DNA of 64,000 bases from a virus: positions 9,285-73,284 of IMG/VR virus record IMGVR_UViG_3300025767_001290; one strand, written 5' to 3'. This document shows, in pieces, positions 9,024 through 18,287 of the stretch. Numbering within the stretch: the stretch's first letter is position 1; each line of letters starts with the position of its first letter. The translations under genes and the position numbers were made by a program. The notes beneath the pieces were generated by a model. That model worked only from the letters and a program-made list of their open reading frames with translations. It did no database searches and had not been told where the DNA came from.

Positions 9024-10498
9024 ATATTTTTTCTGTTGCAGTAAATATACACGATCATAATACATACAACGGCGAGCTTCATTACTTGGCCGAAAGATAT
9101 ACTCGTAAAAAGCACAATCTTAATCCTACTAATCCGCACGATCCAGAACCTAGTCGTGAGTTTTTCCGTGAACACTTTTTACCTAATTATAATAAAGATC
9201 ACATGTTTGCATTTACATGTTCAAATCTAGGTCAAGAATTTGTTCGTGATCTACTCGAAGATACATTACCTGATTTAAGTTTTTTAGATTTTAAGCCTAC
9301 TAATTTATGGGACTATTACAAGACTGATGACTATTACTACATTGATCATCATCAATCACATGCTGCTTATGCTTTTTTAAGCTCGGGATTTAAACAAAGC
9401 GATGTGTTAGCAATTGACGGCAGAGGATGGCAATTTAACTGCATCTTTACAGACAAGGACGGAAATATAACCAACCTGTCTGATAAAGTATCAATCGGTG
9501 GGCTTTGGAATCGATTGTCACAAGACATTGGATTTAGTTATCTGGGTGCAGGCAAGACCATGGGCCTAGCAGGATTTGGTGAGTACGACAGCGAAATACA
9601 CGATATGATCGATATGTATATGGCTGCTCCTAATCATAGATTACCAGACGGATCTTCTAAAATTTTAAAACGTGTTCCCAAAGAAAACGTTGCATTTACA
9701 CTACAAATTTATACAGAAAACTTAATTAAAAAACATGTATATCCTCTTAAAAGTTGTAACAACTTGTGCCTAACAGGCGGAGTAGCATACAACGGATATG
9801 TAAATGAAGAATTTACAAAACATTATACTAATGTGCATGTGCCGCCTGCTGTAGGCGATGAGGGACAATCTCTTGGCACTTATATGCATGCCGAGTATAC
9901 CCAAAATAATAATATACACATACCAAATGTATATGCAGGCAAAGAATACAACTACGTTGGTGATGAAAAAGTCAATATAACAGAAGTTGCTCAAGCTATT
10001 GCTGACGGTAAAATTGTTGGATGGTTCCAAGGCAAAAGCGAAAGCGGTAATAGAGCGTTAGGCAATCGTAGCATACTTGCTGATCCTCGTAATCCTAATA
10101 TTAAAGATATCATTAATAGTAAAATTAAACTGCGTGAAGACTTTAGACCATTTGCTCCTAGTGTACTTGTAGAACATTACAACGAATACTTTGACACTAC
10201 TCAGCCTAGTCCGTACATGAGTCGTATTATGCCAGTCACGTCAGATGCTATTCCAGGAGTAACACACGTAGACGGCACAGCACGTATACAGACCGTACAG
10301 CGCGAGTTTAATCCTCGTTACTATGACTTAATAAATGTGTTCTATGCGCTTACAGGCGTTCCTATGCTGCTTAATACTAGCTTTAACTGTCAAGAGCCTA
10401 TTGTAGAAACTCCTGAAGACGCTATTGCTACGTTTAATAAATGCGGATTAGACATACTAGTAATTGGCGATTACATTATAAGGAAAACAAATGATTAA
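9020..10498 (+). CDS. O-carbamoyltransferase, NodU/CmcH/TobZ family
   Basis: HD, HHQSHA, IDGRG, GKTMGLA, GGVAYN, GDEG, RALGNRSILADP, KLREDFRPFAP, HVDGTARIQTV, LNTSFN. Confidence 0.95.
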   Translation: MNIFSVAVNIHDHNTYNGELHYLAERYTRKKHNLNPTNPHDPEPSREFFREHFLPNYNKDHMFAFTCSNLGQEFVRDLLEDTLPDLSFLDFKPTNLWDYYKTDDYYYIDHHQSHAAYAFLSSGFKQSDVLAIDGRGWQFNCIFTDKDGNITNLSDKVSIGGLWNRLSQDIGFSYLGAGKTMGLAGFGEYDSEIHDMIDMYMAAPNHRLPDGSSKILKRVPKENVAFTLQIYTENLIKKHVYPLKSCNNLCLTGGVAYNGYVNEEFTKHYTNVHVPPAVGDEGQSLGTYMHAEYTQNNNIHIPNVYAGKEYNYVGDEKVNITEVAQAIADGKIVGWFQGKSESGNRALGNRSILADPRNPNIKDIINSKIKLREDFRPFAPSVLVEHYNEYFDTTQPSPYMSRIMPVTSDAIPGVTHVDGTARIQTVQREFNPRYYDLINVFYALTGVPMLLNTSFNCQEPIVETPEDAIATFNKCGLDILVIGDYIIRKTND

Positions 10499-11303
10499 TA
10501 GAGAAAAGTTACAGTACGTTAAAAATGTACTAAGTCTTACTAATAAAGATATAGATATTACCGAATTATATAATTTAGTAACTGCAATAAACAGAAATGA
10601 CGAGTTGTACTTTCTAACTACTATGTTTAAGTTATTGCAGCCTGAAACAGATGCATCTTTATTAAAAACTGTATTTGGATTAATTAAAGAAGATCCTAGT
10701 TTAGAGAAAACTTTATTAGATTCATTTAGTCATAATCAAATTGCAGCAAAAACAGCACTGTTAAATGCTGTAGACGATTTAAAAATATTAGACAAAGATT
10801 CAACAGTTGTAATGTGGGCAGGATGGTACGGAAGTATATTGATACCTAAGCTAGCAAATAAAGTTAAAAAAATTGTTAACATTGATTTAGATAACCAAAC
10901 TACAAAGGTATCAAAAAAATTATTTAATAATTACGAAAATGTAGATTATATTTGTGATGACATTTTTAAAACATATAGAGATGCATATTTAAATACAAAT
11001 CTAATTATTAATACTAGCTGCGAACATATGCCGCCAATGAAAGATTGGAAATGGTTTGGGGCTGGAGCATTAAGTAATGATCAAGACACTAGCATATTTA
11101 GAACTCCTAAATTATCAGACAATTGTTACTTTGCATTCCAGTCGAATAATATGTTTGGCATAGAAGGGCATGTAAATTGTGTTAATAGTTTACAAGAGTT
11201 TAAAGACCAAATGCCCGAACGTGCAGAGATACTTTTTGAAGAGGAAGTAGAAGACACTCGCGGCACTAGGCATATGCTTGTTGGCAAATTTATGCCTCTT
11301 TAA
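10491..11303 (+). CDS. Class I SAM-dependent methyltransferase-like protein
   Basis: VVMWAGWYG (motif I), NIDLD (acidic SAM contact), IINTSCEHM, FQSNN. Confidence 0.7.
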   Translation: MINREKLQYVKNVLSLTNKDIDITELYNLVTAINRNDELYFLTTMFKLLQPETDASLLKTVFGLIKEDPSLEKTLLDSFSHNQIAAKTALLNAVDDLKILDKDSTVVMWAGWYGSILIPKLANKVKKIVNIDLDNQTTKVSKKLFNNYENVDYICDDIFKTYRDAYLNTNLIINTSCEHMPPMKDWKWFGAGALSNDQDTSIFRTPKLSDNCYFAFQSNNMFGIEGHVNCVNSLQEFKDQMPERAEILFEEEVEDTRGTRHMLVGKFMPL

Positions 11304-11958
11304 ATTGTTGTGCTAACCAATCAAAATTATTTATAAGGCTAATATTGCTCCTATTAGAAATCCCAAACTCCCTGCCAGCATTAGCACCAGCAATAGCGAA
11401 ATCACCATAGCGCCTCTCACCGCCTTTTGTACACCAAGTATTAAGTCTTTGTTCTGTTTCTTCATTGTTTTGTCTCGTAATTGTCCTACTGCTTAGTTTA
11501 GCACATTCTCTAAATGCACCTTTCCATGTTTCAAATGGACTTGTGTTAAATGCTGTAATATTTGCAACTTCATCTACAGCAATAAAATGTTCGCTTATGC
11601 TTGTAGTCATATCCGGTTTAGTTGTATCCATATCGACTGTCATCTGCCGAGGAAATAACTTTACTCCTCCGTAACCATATTCTAATCCATTAATAGGATT
11701 CTTTGCTCTCCATACATGTACATGATCTAACTGGTGATTAGGAACAACATAATCAAAGTTAAAGTCGTCCATAATTATTGCATCAGCATCTACGATCCAA
11801 AACATCTTAGTAAAGCATTTCTTTGCTGCTTTTATGTGTGCTTGATGTATTCCTTTAACTCCGTGTACACGTTTAGTCATAGAAAACCGTGCTTTGAGTG
11901 CAGCATAGTTAGCATCTGCACTAGGTTCCTGATAACTTATGAATACTATATCATACAT
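11290..11958 (-). CDS. GT-A (GT2-like) glycosyltransferase
   Basis: DIVFISYQEP, GIHQAH, WIVDAD (DxD); paralog of 15072..15998. Confidence 0.7.
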   Translation of the reverse strand: MYDIVFISYQEPSADANYAALKARFSMTKRVHGVKGIHQAHIKAAKKCFTKMFWIVDADAIIMDDFNFDYVVPNHQLDHVHVWRAKNPINGLEYGYGGVKLFPRQMTVDMDTTKPDMTTSISEHFIAVDEVANITAFNTSPFETWKGAFRECAKLSSRTITRQNNEETEQRLNTWCTKGGERRYGDFAIAGANAGREFGISNRSNISLINNFDWLAQQFKEA

Positions 11959-11964
11959 AGTTTA

Positions 11965-13203
11965 TTATAACACTTTTTTAGTTAATTGTCTAGTGTTTCC
12001 GTAATGGATTACTGTGCAATTTGGATTTACATATGAGCGCCAAGGGTCAACTACTATGCTACCGTTGGGAATATCGCAATACAATTTGTCTGCACTATCC
12101 TTGCCAGTGTACTTGTATGTAGTACTTGCGCTGTGTGCTAGTAAAAATACACAAGTCTCTGTTGGATCATACTCGTCGCCTGTTAGTGGATCTACATACA
12201 CAGGTTCAAAGCCTTGCTCTTCACAGTAATGACCAATTAGTAAACTGTAACTACCATCGCAATACTCTACGTTTGGCTTGTATGCTTTGCCATGAATAAC
12301 AATCTGCATATTATGTTCGTTTGCATGTTGCACTAGTTCTAATGCAATGTTCTTTGCTTGTATTTCTCTGGCATTCATGATGCTGTCAAATAAATCGTAT
12401 CCTAAGCCAAGTTCGTTTGCCATATAGCGTAGTGCAATGTTGTCACGTGGATGACACCCACCTCCATCACCCATGCCTGCTTTCATATACTGTGGACCCA
12501 TAATACGCATCGTAGACTTAGCTAGAGCGTCTGTAACAACGTCTACGTTAATGTTGCCCTGTTGCTGCGCTACATCCTGTATCATGTTTACAAGACCTAT
12601 TTTAGCACTAATAAACGTATTGTAGAATACTTTGATACACTCGCACTCGTCCCAAGTACCAATCTCATAGCGTGGATTATTTTCCATTATAGTTTTATAA
12701 AAGTCTACAAGTTGTTCTGCGTCGCCTGTTGCACTTCCATCTTCTGTGCCGATCATAACCATCTCTGGATTTACCATATCCCATGCTACACTGCCCATTG
12801 CAATTAAGTAAGGATTGTATACAAAGCGTGTGTTAGGAACAAGGTCAACAAACTGCTTGCGTGTTGTGCCGGGCAATACTGTACTAATAAGCACAAGCAA
12901 TTGATCTTGTGTCATGTGCTTGTTTGCTTCTGCTAATACATCTTTTACAATATCGTAATTAAAGTCTTTTGGATTTAAATGTGCTGTTGGTGCTCTGCCA
13001 TCGTAGTCTGGATCGTGTGGAGTAGGCACTGCAACAAATACAATGTCTCTGCCTTCTACTGCATCTTTAATTGTAGGCATGATTGTTACTTGGTGACTAG
13101 TACGCTTTGCAACATCATAACATGTAACGTTGTGTCCTTTACTAGCAATTGCTTCTGCACATGGCATGCCTAGCTTGCCTGTACCTATAAATCCTATTTT
13201 CAT
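11965..13203 (-). CDS. ugd: UDP-glucose/GDP-mannose 6-dehydrogenase family
   Basis: IGTGKLG Rossmann motif, AVPTP, STVLPGTT, KVFYNTF, GGGCHPRD (catalytic Cys), AYKPN. Confidence 0.92.
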   Translation of the reverse strand: MKIGFIGTGKLGMPCAEAIASKGHNVTCYDVAKRTSHQVTIMPTIKDAVEGRDIVFVAVPTPHDPDYDGRAPTAHLNPKDFNYDIVKDVLAEANKHMTQDQLLVLISTVLPGTTRKQFVDLVPNTRFVYNPYLIAMGSVAWDMVNPEMVMIGTEDGSATGDAEQLVDFYKTIMENNPRYEIGTWDECECIKVFYNTFISAKIGLVNMIQDVAQQQGNINVDVVTDALAKSTMRIMGPQYMKAGMGDGGGCHPRDNIALRYMANELGLGYDLFDSIMNAREIQAKNIALELVQHANEHNMQIVIHGKAYKPNVEYCDGSYSLLIGHYCEEQGFEPVYVDPLTGDEYDPTETCVFLLAHSASTTYKYTGKDSADKLYCDIPNGSIVVDPWRSYVNPNCTVIHYGNTRQLTKKVL

Positions 13204-13820
13204 TAGTTTCTTTCCAATACAGTTAATATATAATCTGCATATGCTTGATGACTTTTAATCCCTGGATGCGAGCCATCTGCTGCGTGATCTGTTCTATAAT
13301 CATTTATAGTGTTATCTAAAAATTCTACATTATTAGATTTAAAATTACTTGCAGTGTCGCCTGTATAATTAAAAGGTTTAGTATTAATTATTTGAGTAAC
13401 GCATTGTGCAAGATAATAATTTGTCCAAGATATAAATATTTTATTATTAAATTCTATTTCTTCGTTTGTACTAAATTGTTTATAAAAAATTTTAGATTTT
13501 TTATCTGGACACCAAGGTCCTATAATACTTGCAGTGTTATTATTTATAACACAACTTCTTTCAGCATGAGTCCAATTCAATAGTACAATATCACTGATTT
13601 CAAACTTAAATTTTTGTAATCTATAAACCATAGCTTTATTACTCGATCCAGGAACAGATAAATTTATATTTTCTCTATCTATTGCATTTGCTATTAGTGC
13701 AGGAAATGCTTGATGACTTGCTGTTTTCCCAGGTTCATTGTTATTGCGTCCGATACAATCAGGTAATCCTTGTCCAAAAGGATACGAACATCCAAAAGTT
13801 ATAAGTCTTTTTTTAATCAT
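13203..13820 (-). CDS. SGNH/GDSL-fold protein (esterase or O-acyltransferase-like)
   Basis: FGCS block I, NLSVPGSSN block II, DGSHP (DxxH) block V. Confidence 0.65.
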   Translation of the reverse strand: MIKKRLITFGCSYPFGQGLPDCIGRNNNEPGKTASHQAFPALIANAIDRENINLSVPGSSNKAMVYRLQKFKFEISDIVLLNWTHAERSCVINNNTASIIGPWCPDKKSKIFYKQFSTNEEIEFNNKIFISWTNYYLAQCVTQIINTKPFNYTGDTASNFKSNNVEFLDNTINDYRTDHAADGSHPGIKSHQAYADYILTVLERN

Positions 13821-15069
13821 GTAATAACTCTAGCAATTGGTGTTTAATTGAAAGATCATAAGTTTGACATCTATATTGTAAATGACATATATTATGTGTT
13901 AAAATTGGCAACATCTCAATGAGTATATTGTCTAATTCTTTAGAAGGTTTATTAAAAAAATCTTTAGCACTTTTAATACATGCGTACATTCTTTGTTCAT
14001 TGTTAGTTATTGTGTCATACGATTCGTCAATAAACTTATCAAAGGTAGCGTAACCTAAACTTTTTAAATTTTGCAATGCAAACGCTTCTCCTACAATAAC
14101 AAATGGTTGCATAAACATTATAGGTTTAAAAATCTTTTCACTAAAAAAAGATCTGTCTATCGAGTAATCCTGATATGTTTCTGCTACTATGTGTAAATAG
14201 GAATTATAAAATTTATCTACACGCTTGTCAATAACTGGATTTTCTGTTTCTGCATCTATTCCGTCTTTTATTACTAATGGTAACGACTTTTTTAAATTAA
14301 TATTTTGGTATGTTTTGTATATTGTTGGTAATTGGGTTTTAAATATAGTTTCTTGATTTTCAAAATAATTATCACCCATTTGCCCATTTAGACCAAGGCT
14401 CATTAATCCTTGATGCCTTTTACTATATAGTAAGCTAACTGCTGCAATCCTAAAGTGATGAGGCCTGCGATTTAAATATAAAAATTTGTGTTCTCTTGAA
14501 TCGCCTTCTAATATCTTATCAGTTCCTGCATATTGGAAACTATTTAAATCTTCGTACATAGTTTGACGTTCAAAAAAATTAAAATAAACTGATTTAATAG
14601 TAGTATTTTTTGATAAATTTCCGTTTATAACAACAAAATCATCAGAAGATAATGATGAATACTTATCTATAATTGTATCTATTAGATCTTGCCAATAATG
14701 CCAGTTCCATCCTTCATAAGGACACACAACAAGTATTTTACATTTTTTTTGTTGAATATCATTAAGAACAGATCCTGGGATTAAAATATGCTGGCCTATA
14801 ACGCTACTAATACCGGATATACTAACAATAATAGGAAAATAGTATTTTTCTTGGGTTATTCTATCTGTAAAAATTCTAAAAAAAGGTTTTCCGAACAGAC
14901 CAAAATACCCTTCGTGATCTTTCTGTGGGAAGAAAAATCTTTCTACATTGGTCCAGTCGTCGTATATGTTTGTATATTTATTTTGACCTTGGCCTGAAAC
15001 AAATAAAGGAATTTTATAATTAGTACTGCGTTTTAATAAACCAGATTTTCTTGCTGATTTTTTACTCAT
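13813..15069 (-). CDS. Hypothetical, possibly GT-B/GT10-like glycosyltransferase
   Basis: FLYLNRRPHHFR...IVAET...FFSEKIFKPI...PFVIVG resembles the GT10 EN...Y(V/I)TEK donor-binding region. Confidence 0.4.
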   Translation of the reverse strand: MSKKSARKSGLLKRSTNYKIPLFVSGQGQNKYTNIYDDWTNVERFFFPQKDHEGYFGLFGKPFFRIFTDRITQEKYYFPIIVSISGISSVIGQHILIPGSVLNDIQQKKCKILVVCPYEGWNWHYWQDLIDTIIDKYSSLSSDDFVVINGNLSKNTTIKSVYFNFFERQTMYEDLNSFQYAGTDKILEGDSREHKFLYLNRRPHHFRIAAVSLLYSKRHQGLMSLGLNGQMGDNYFENQETIFKTQLPTIYKTYQNINLKKSLPLVIKDGIDAETENPVIDKRVDKFYNSYLHIVAETYQDYSIDRSFFSEKIFKPIMFMQPFVIVGEAFALQNLKSLGYATFDKFIDESYDTITNNEQRMYACIKSAKDFFNKPSKELDNILIEMLPILTHNICHLQYRCQTYDLSIKHQLLELLHD

Positions 15070-15071
15070 GA

Positions 15072-15998
15072 TTATTCCTTATCAATAAATTTTAGATTGT
15101 TAGTCCTTGCCGGATGCTCATACACTGCTTTAAAGAACTTACTTTGTTGTGCATCTAATGGATTTACTGAAATAGGAATGTCTAACTCATCAATAAGGCT
15201 GTTACCTAGCCGTTGAATTGATTCTAACAAGTTTCCATCATGTATGTGTACGCTAACTGTTTTATCCCAATACTCGTTTAAATATTTAAAGTCTCTTACT
15301 TGTACATAATCCCAGTCTGTACACATTGACATGTACAATCCTTCTCTAGCGCCATATATAGCCCATAGACCATTTTTAATATCTGCACCAATCATAGTCC
15401 AAATGTAAAGCCAATGTAAGCAGCGCCAGTGATTATTTTTAAGAGTGTCCGGAGTAAGACGCAAGCCTTGGTCAGTAGCAAGCTTTACTCCTTCTCTAAA
15501 TCCCGCTCTCCATGCTTGTTGGGAGGTATGATTATTGTACACATCTGAGTAACAACTATTCATTTGAATATACTGCGCATCCCAGCAAAAATCTACTTGA
15601 GCATGCTTATTATTTGGATCAGCGTTTTCGTGTGTACGCATATTTAACACATACTTCTTAGGCCAACATTTAAGTCCACCGTTGCCGTACATTAATCCGT
15701 TTATTTCATTACGGCCCTTCCAACTAATCACGGTATTTTTTAAGTCGCCATGCTCGTTAAAATCTAGTGTTTGATTTAAAAAATCTTGTCTAACAATATT
15801 GTCGGCGTCTACTGTAATAAATCTATCTGTTTCACTTAATTCTGCACAGGCTTTATGTGCTGCATCACTACCTTCTACTCCGTGTACACGCTTTGCCCAA
15901 GGTACTTTCTTACACAAATCTGCATAGTTTTGTTCTGCATTAGGTTCGTCGTACGACAGATATATAATATCATAGTCTGTAACTCTAAATTTATTCAT
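15072..15998 (-). CDS. GT-A (GT2-like) glycosyltransferase
   Basis: YDIIYLSYDEP, KRVHGVEG..AH, TVDAD, NGLMYGNGG, all shared with 11290..11958. Confidence 0.7.
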   Translation of the reverse strand: MNKFRVTDYDIIYLSYDEPNAEQNYADLCKKVPWAKRVHGVEGSDAAHKACAELSETDRFITVDADNIVRQDFLNQTLDFNEHGDLKNTVISWKGRNEINGLMYGNGGLKCWPKKYVLNMRTHENADPNNKHAQVDFCWDAQYIQMNSCYSDVYNNHTSQQAWRAGFREGVKLATDQGLRLTPDTLKNNHWRCLHWLYIWTMIGADIKNGLWAIYGAREGLYMSMCTDWDYVQVRDFKYLNEYWDKTVSVHIHDGNLLESIQRLGNSLIDELDIPISVNPLDAQQSKFFKAVYEHPARTNNLKFIDKE

Positions 15999-16611
15999 TT
16001 ATAATCTCATAGCTGTAAGTATCAAAATATTTAAAAGTGTATATACTAACATTGTCCATATTTTTAGGAATATTAATCTGTTCACTAATGTCAACTTCTG
16101 GGTTAGATAATAAATCGTATAATTCAATTTTGAACATATCAATTAATATATTAGGATCATTCTTTTTAGTAATACTAAAACTAAATCGTATATTATCAAC
16201 CACTGACTTCATTGATCTAAAATAATCTTGATGCCGAGGAGAAAGGCAAACTGTCCAATTCTTAGTGCCGCATTTGATTATTAAATCAGCGTCACGTGAA
16301 TACTTAGGCACATTATGTAATTTATCAGTAATATTTACTATCTTATGAGGAGAATTTTCTTGGAGTTCTAATTCTCGTGTTTTAATATTAAACATTATTC
16401 TATAGCTAGATAAATCTTTTTTTCCTAATAAAATATCAGTTACTTTATCCGACGAGACTTCTAAACACTCATAACCTTCTTCAAGAAAGCTAATGTTAGA
16501 AATTCTCTGAATCTCTCCAGTTGCTTTGTGATAATATACAAACTTAGTATCGTTACTAGCTGAATCTATTGATAAAGTTTTAAAAAATGCTGGCAAAGTA
16601 TCAGTTGTCAT
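15991..16611 (-). CDS. Hypothetical protein within the glycosyltransferase block
   Basis: 206-aa ORF overlapping both neighbours; no motif recognised. Confidence 0.7.
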   Translation of the reverse strand: MTTDTLPAFFKTLSIDSASNDTKFVYYHKATGEIQRISNISFLEEGYECLEVSSDKVTDILLGKKDLSSYRIMFNIKTRELELQENSPHKIVNITDKLHNVPKYSRDADLIIKCGTKNWTVCLSPRHQDYFRSMKSVVDNIRFSFSITKKNDPNILIDMFKIELYDLLSNPEVDISEQINIPKNMDNVSIYTFKYFDTYSYEIINE

Positions 16612-17455
16612 TATATAATTCCTTATAATAAGAAAATAACATGTGTGGCTTTACAAAATCGTTTTCTGTATAATGCAATATTCCTGTTTGTTGGTAATTG
16701 CCTATTTTAAGTCCAGCATTATTATTAAAATATGTACCTACACAATCTTGCCATTTATCTTTGTTAGAATACCAATTTTGTATGTTAGGTTTCATATGAG
16801 TAAAGGATGGAAATTTTACAATCTTGTTTGAAATTTTATCTTCACAATTTAAAATAAGTGTAACAATTGCAGCACATACATCAATACTACACTGCGTAGG
16901 TTTATCATGTTTAATAAAAATTTCATAAAACTTTTGCCAGTTTTGTACTACTAATTCTAACCATGTATAAAATTCTAATGCAAAGTCTGATTTTTCAAAA
17001 TAATGAAAGCCACTATATAAATTTGGCAAATTGTTATTTACAAAGGCTTTCCTATAATAATCTCCAGTAACTTCGTCGCCGCGATAAGTATGTACCTTGG
17101 TAGTAAAAAATACTTCGTAGTTAGATAAAAAAGTCCACCAGGTTGATATATCTTGGAGCACCAACATATCTGTGTCCATTACTATAGTCTGATCATACGG
17201 AGAACAGTGATAAAGTTTCCATCTATTTTCAATTTTCCATTCAGTGTCTATTGCTGAGTCGTCCCACGGAATACTGATAATCTCATCAAATAGATTTTTA
17301 TAAATTGCAGAAATGTTATCATTAGTTACAATACTAATTTTACAATTAGTATTAGTAAATTTTAAACTTAATGCTAAAAGACAAGCCTGTTGAACATAGT
17401 CAGTAGTCTCGTTGTTTTGTGCAAGTACTACTATTCCCTTAGTTTTGTTCATCAT
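16601..17455 (-). CDS. GT-A (GT8-like) glycosyltransferase
   Basis: SPYDQTIVMDTDML (DxD), LYSGFHYF, late HMK and HY motifs. Confidence 0.7.
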   Translation of the reverse strand: MMNKTKGIVVLAQNNETTDYVQQACLLALSLKFTNTNCKISIVTNDNISAIYKNLFDEIISIPWDDSAIDTEWKIENRWKLYHCSPYDQTIVMDTDMLVLQDISTWWTFLSNYEVFFTTKVHTYRGDEVTGDYYRKAFVNNNLPNLYSGFHYFEKSDFALEFYTWLELVVQNWQKFYEIFIKHDKPTQCSIDVCAAIVTLILNCEDKISNKIVKFPSFTHMKPNIQNWYSNKDKWQDCVGTYFNNNAGLKIGNYQQTGILHYTENDFVKPHMLFSYYKELYNDN

Positions 17456-18287
17456 TAATTATCCGTTCTAAACTAAACTTATTCATTACGTGTATACTCT
17501 GTCCTTGTGTTTTTACAGCAGTATATTCTCCCACATAATCCTTTTTTTCGACTAAAAATATAAAGTTATCGTCTGCTAATTTCCACAATATATCTTTGTC
17601 TGTTGTATACATGTGCTTTCCTGGTAAAGGCGATACGTAGTCGCCTGTCATAAATCCATTTAATATATGAATTGCAATACTAAATGCAAAGTCATTCCTA
17701 AACAAGCTTGAAGATAATTGATATACAGATACATAATGACTCCAATTATCTTGTATATGTTTTACTAAATTAAAAAATAATTCATTGTTAGATGTTTTTC
17801 TAAAAAATACAACAGTTGCCCAGTAGAAGTCAACACTATACTCACTTATGTGTGTAAACTCTCTACTATCTCGTATATTTGCAACATCTTGCGATTTTGA
17901 AAACATTTGTAAATCGCTTGCACTTTCAAAACATGACTTAAATAAGTCATTAGAAATAATGTAGTCAGTATCTAATAATAATGTTTCATCATATGGACTA
18001 AGATCGTATGCATTTATTCTATAATTATTTTTAAAATTAAGTGTTTTAGATGCAAGAGTGCCGTCGTAATATTTTCTAGTATTGTTATCGTCTGTATTAT
18101 AATCAATAGCTATAATTTCATCAAACACTGTGTGCTCTAATGAGCCGTTTATATAGTCAACACTATCAGTAATAACACTTGTAGGTATATTAAGATGTTG
18201 TTTAATTCGTTTAGCTAAGAAAACTGCTTGCTTGGCATAATCAAGTTCGCCGTTGTTTCTTGCAATAAGCAATGCGCCTTTAGTCAA
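17439..18287 (-). CDS. GT-A (GT8-like) glycosyltransferase, paralog of 16601..17455
   Basis: SPYDETLLLDTDY (DxD), WATVVFF, RND, HVMNK. Confidence 0.7.
   Translation of the reverse strand: MTKGALLIARNNGELDYAKQAVFLAKRIKQHLNIPTSVITDSVDYINGSLEHTVFDEIIAIDYNTDDNNTRKYYDGTLASKTLNFKNNYRINAYDLSPYDETLLLDTDYIISNDLFKSCFESASDLQMFSKSQDVANIRDSREFTHISEYSVDFYWATVVFFRKTSNNELFFNLVKHIQDNWSHYVSVYQLSSSLFRNDFAFSIAIHILNGFMTGDYVSPLPGKHMYTTDKDILWKLADDNFIFLVEKKDYVGEYTAVKTQGQSIHVMNKFSLERIINDEQN

Noticed and set aside
1637-11303. RiPP cluster (rSAM/SPASM plus nitroreductase)
   Set aside because: No short precursor ORF, RRE/PqqD domain, YcaO, peptidase or exporter seen; intergenic gaps are too short to hide a precursor.
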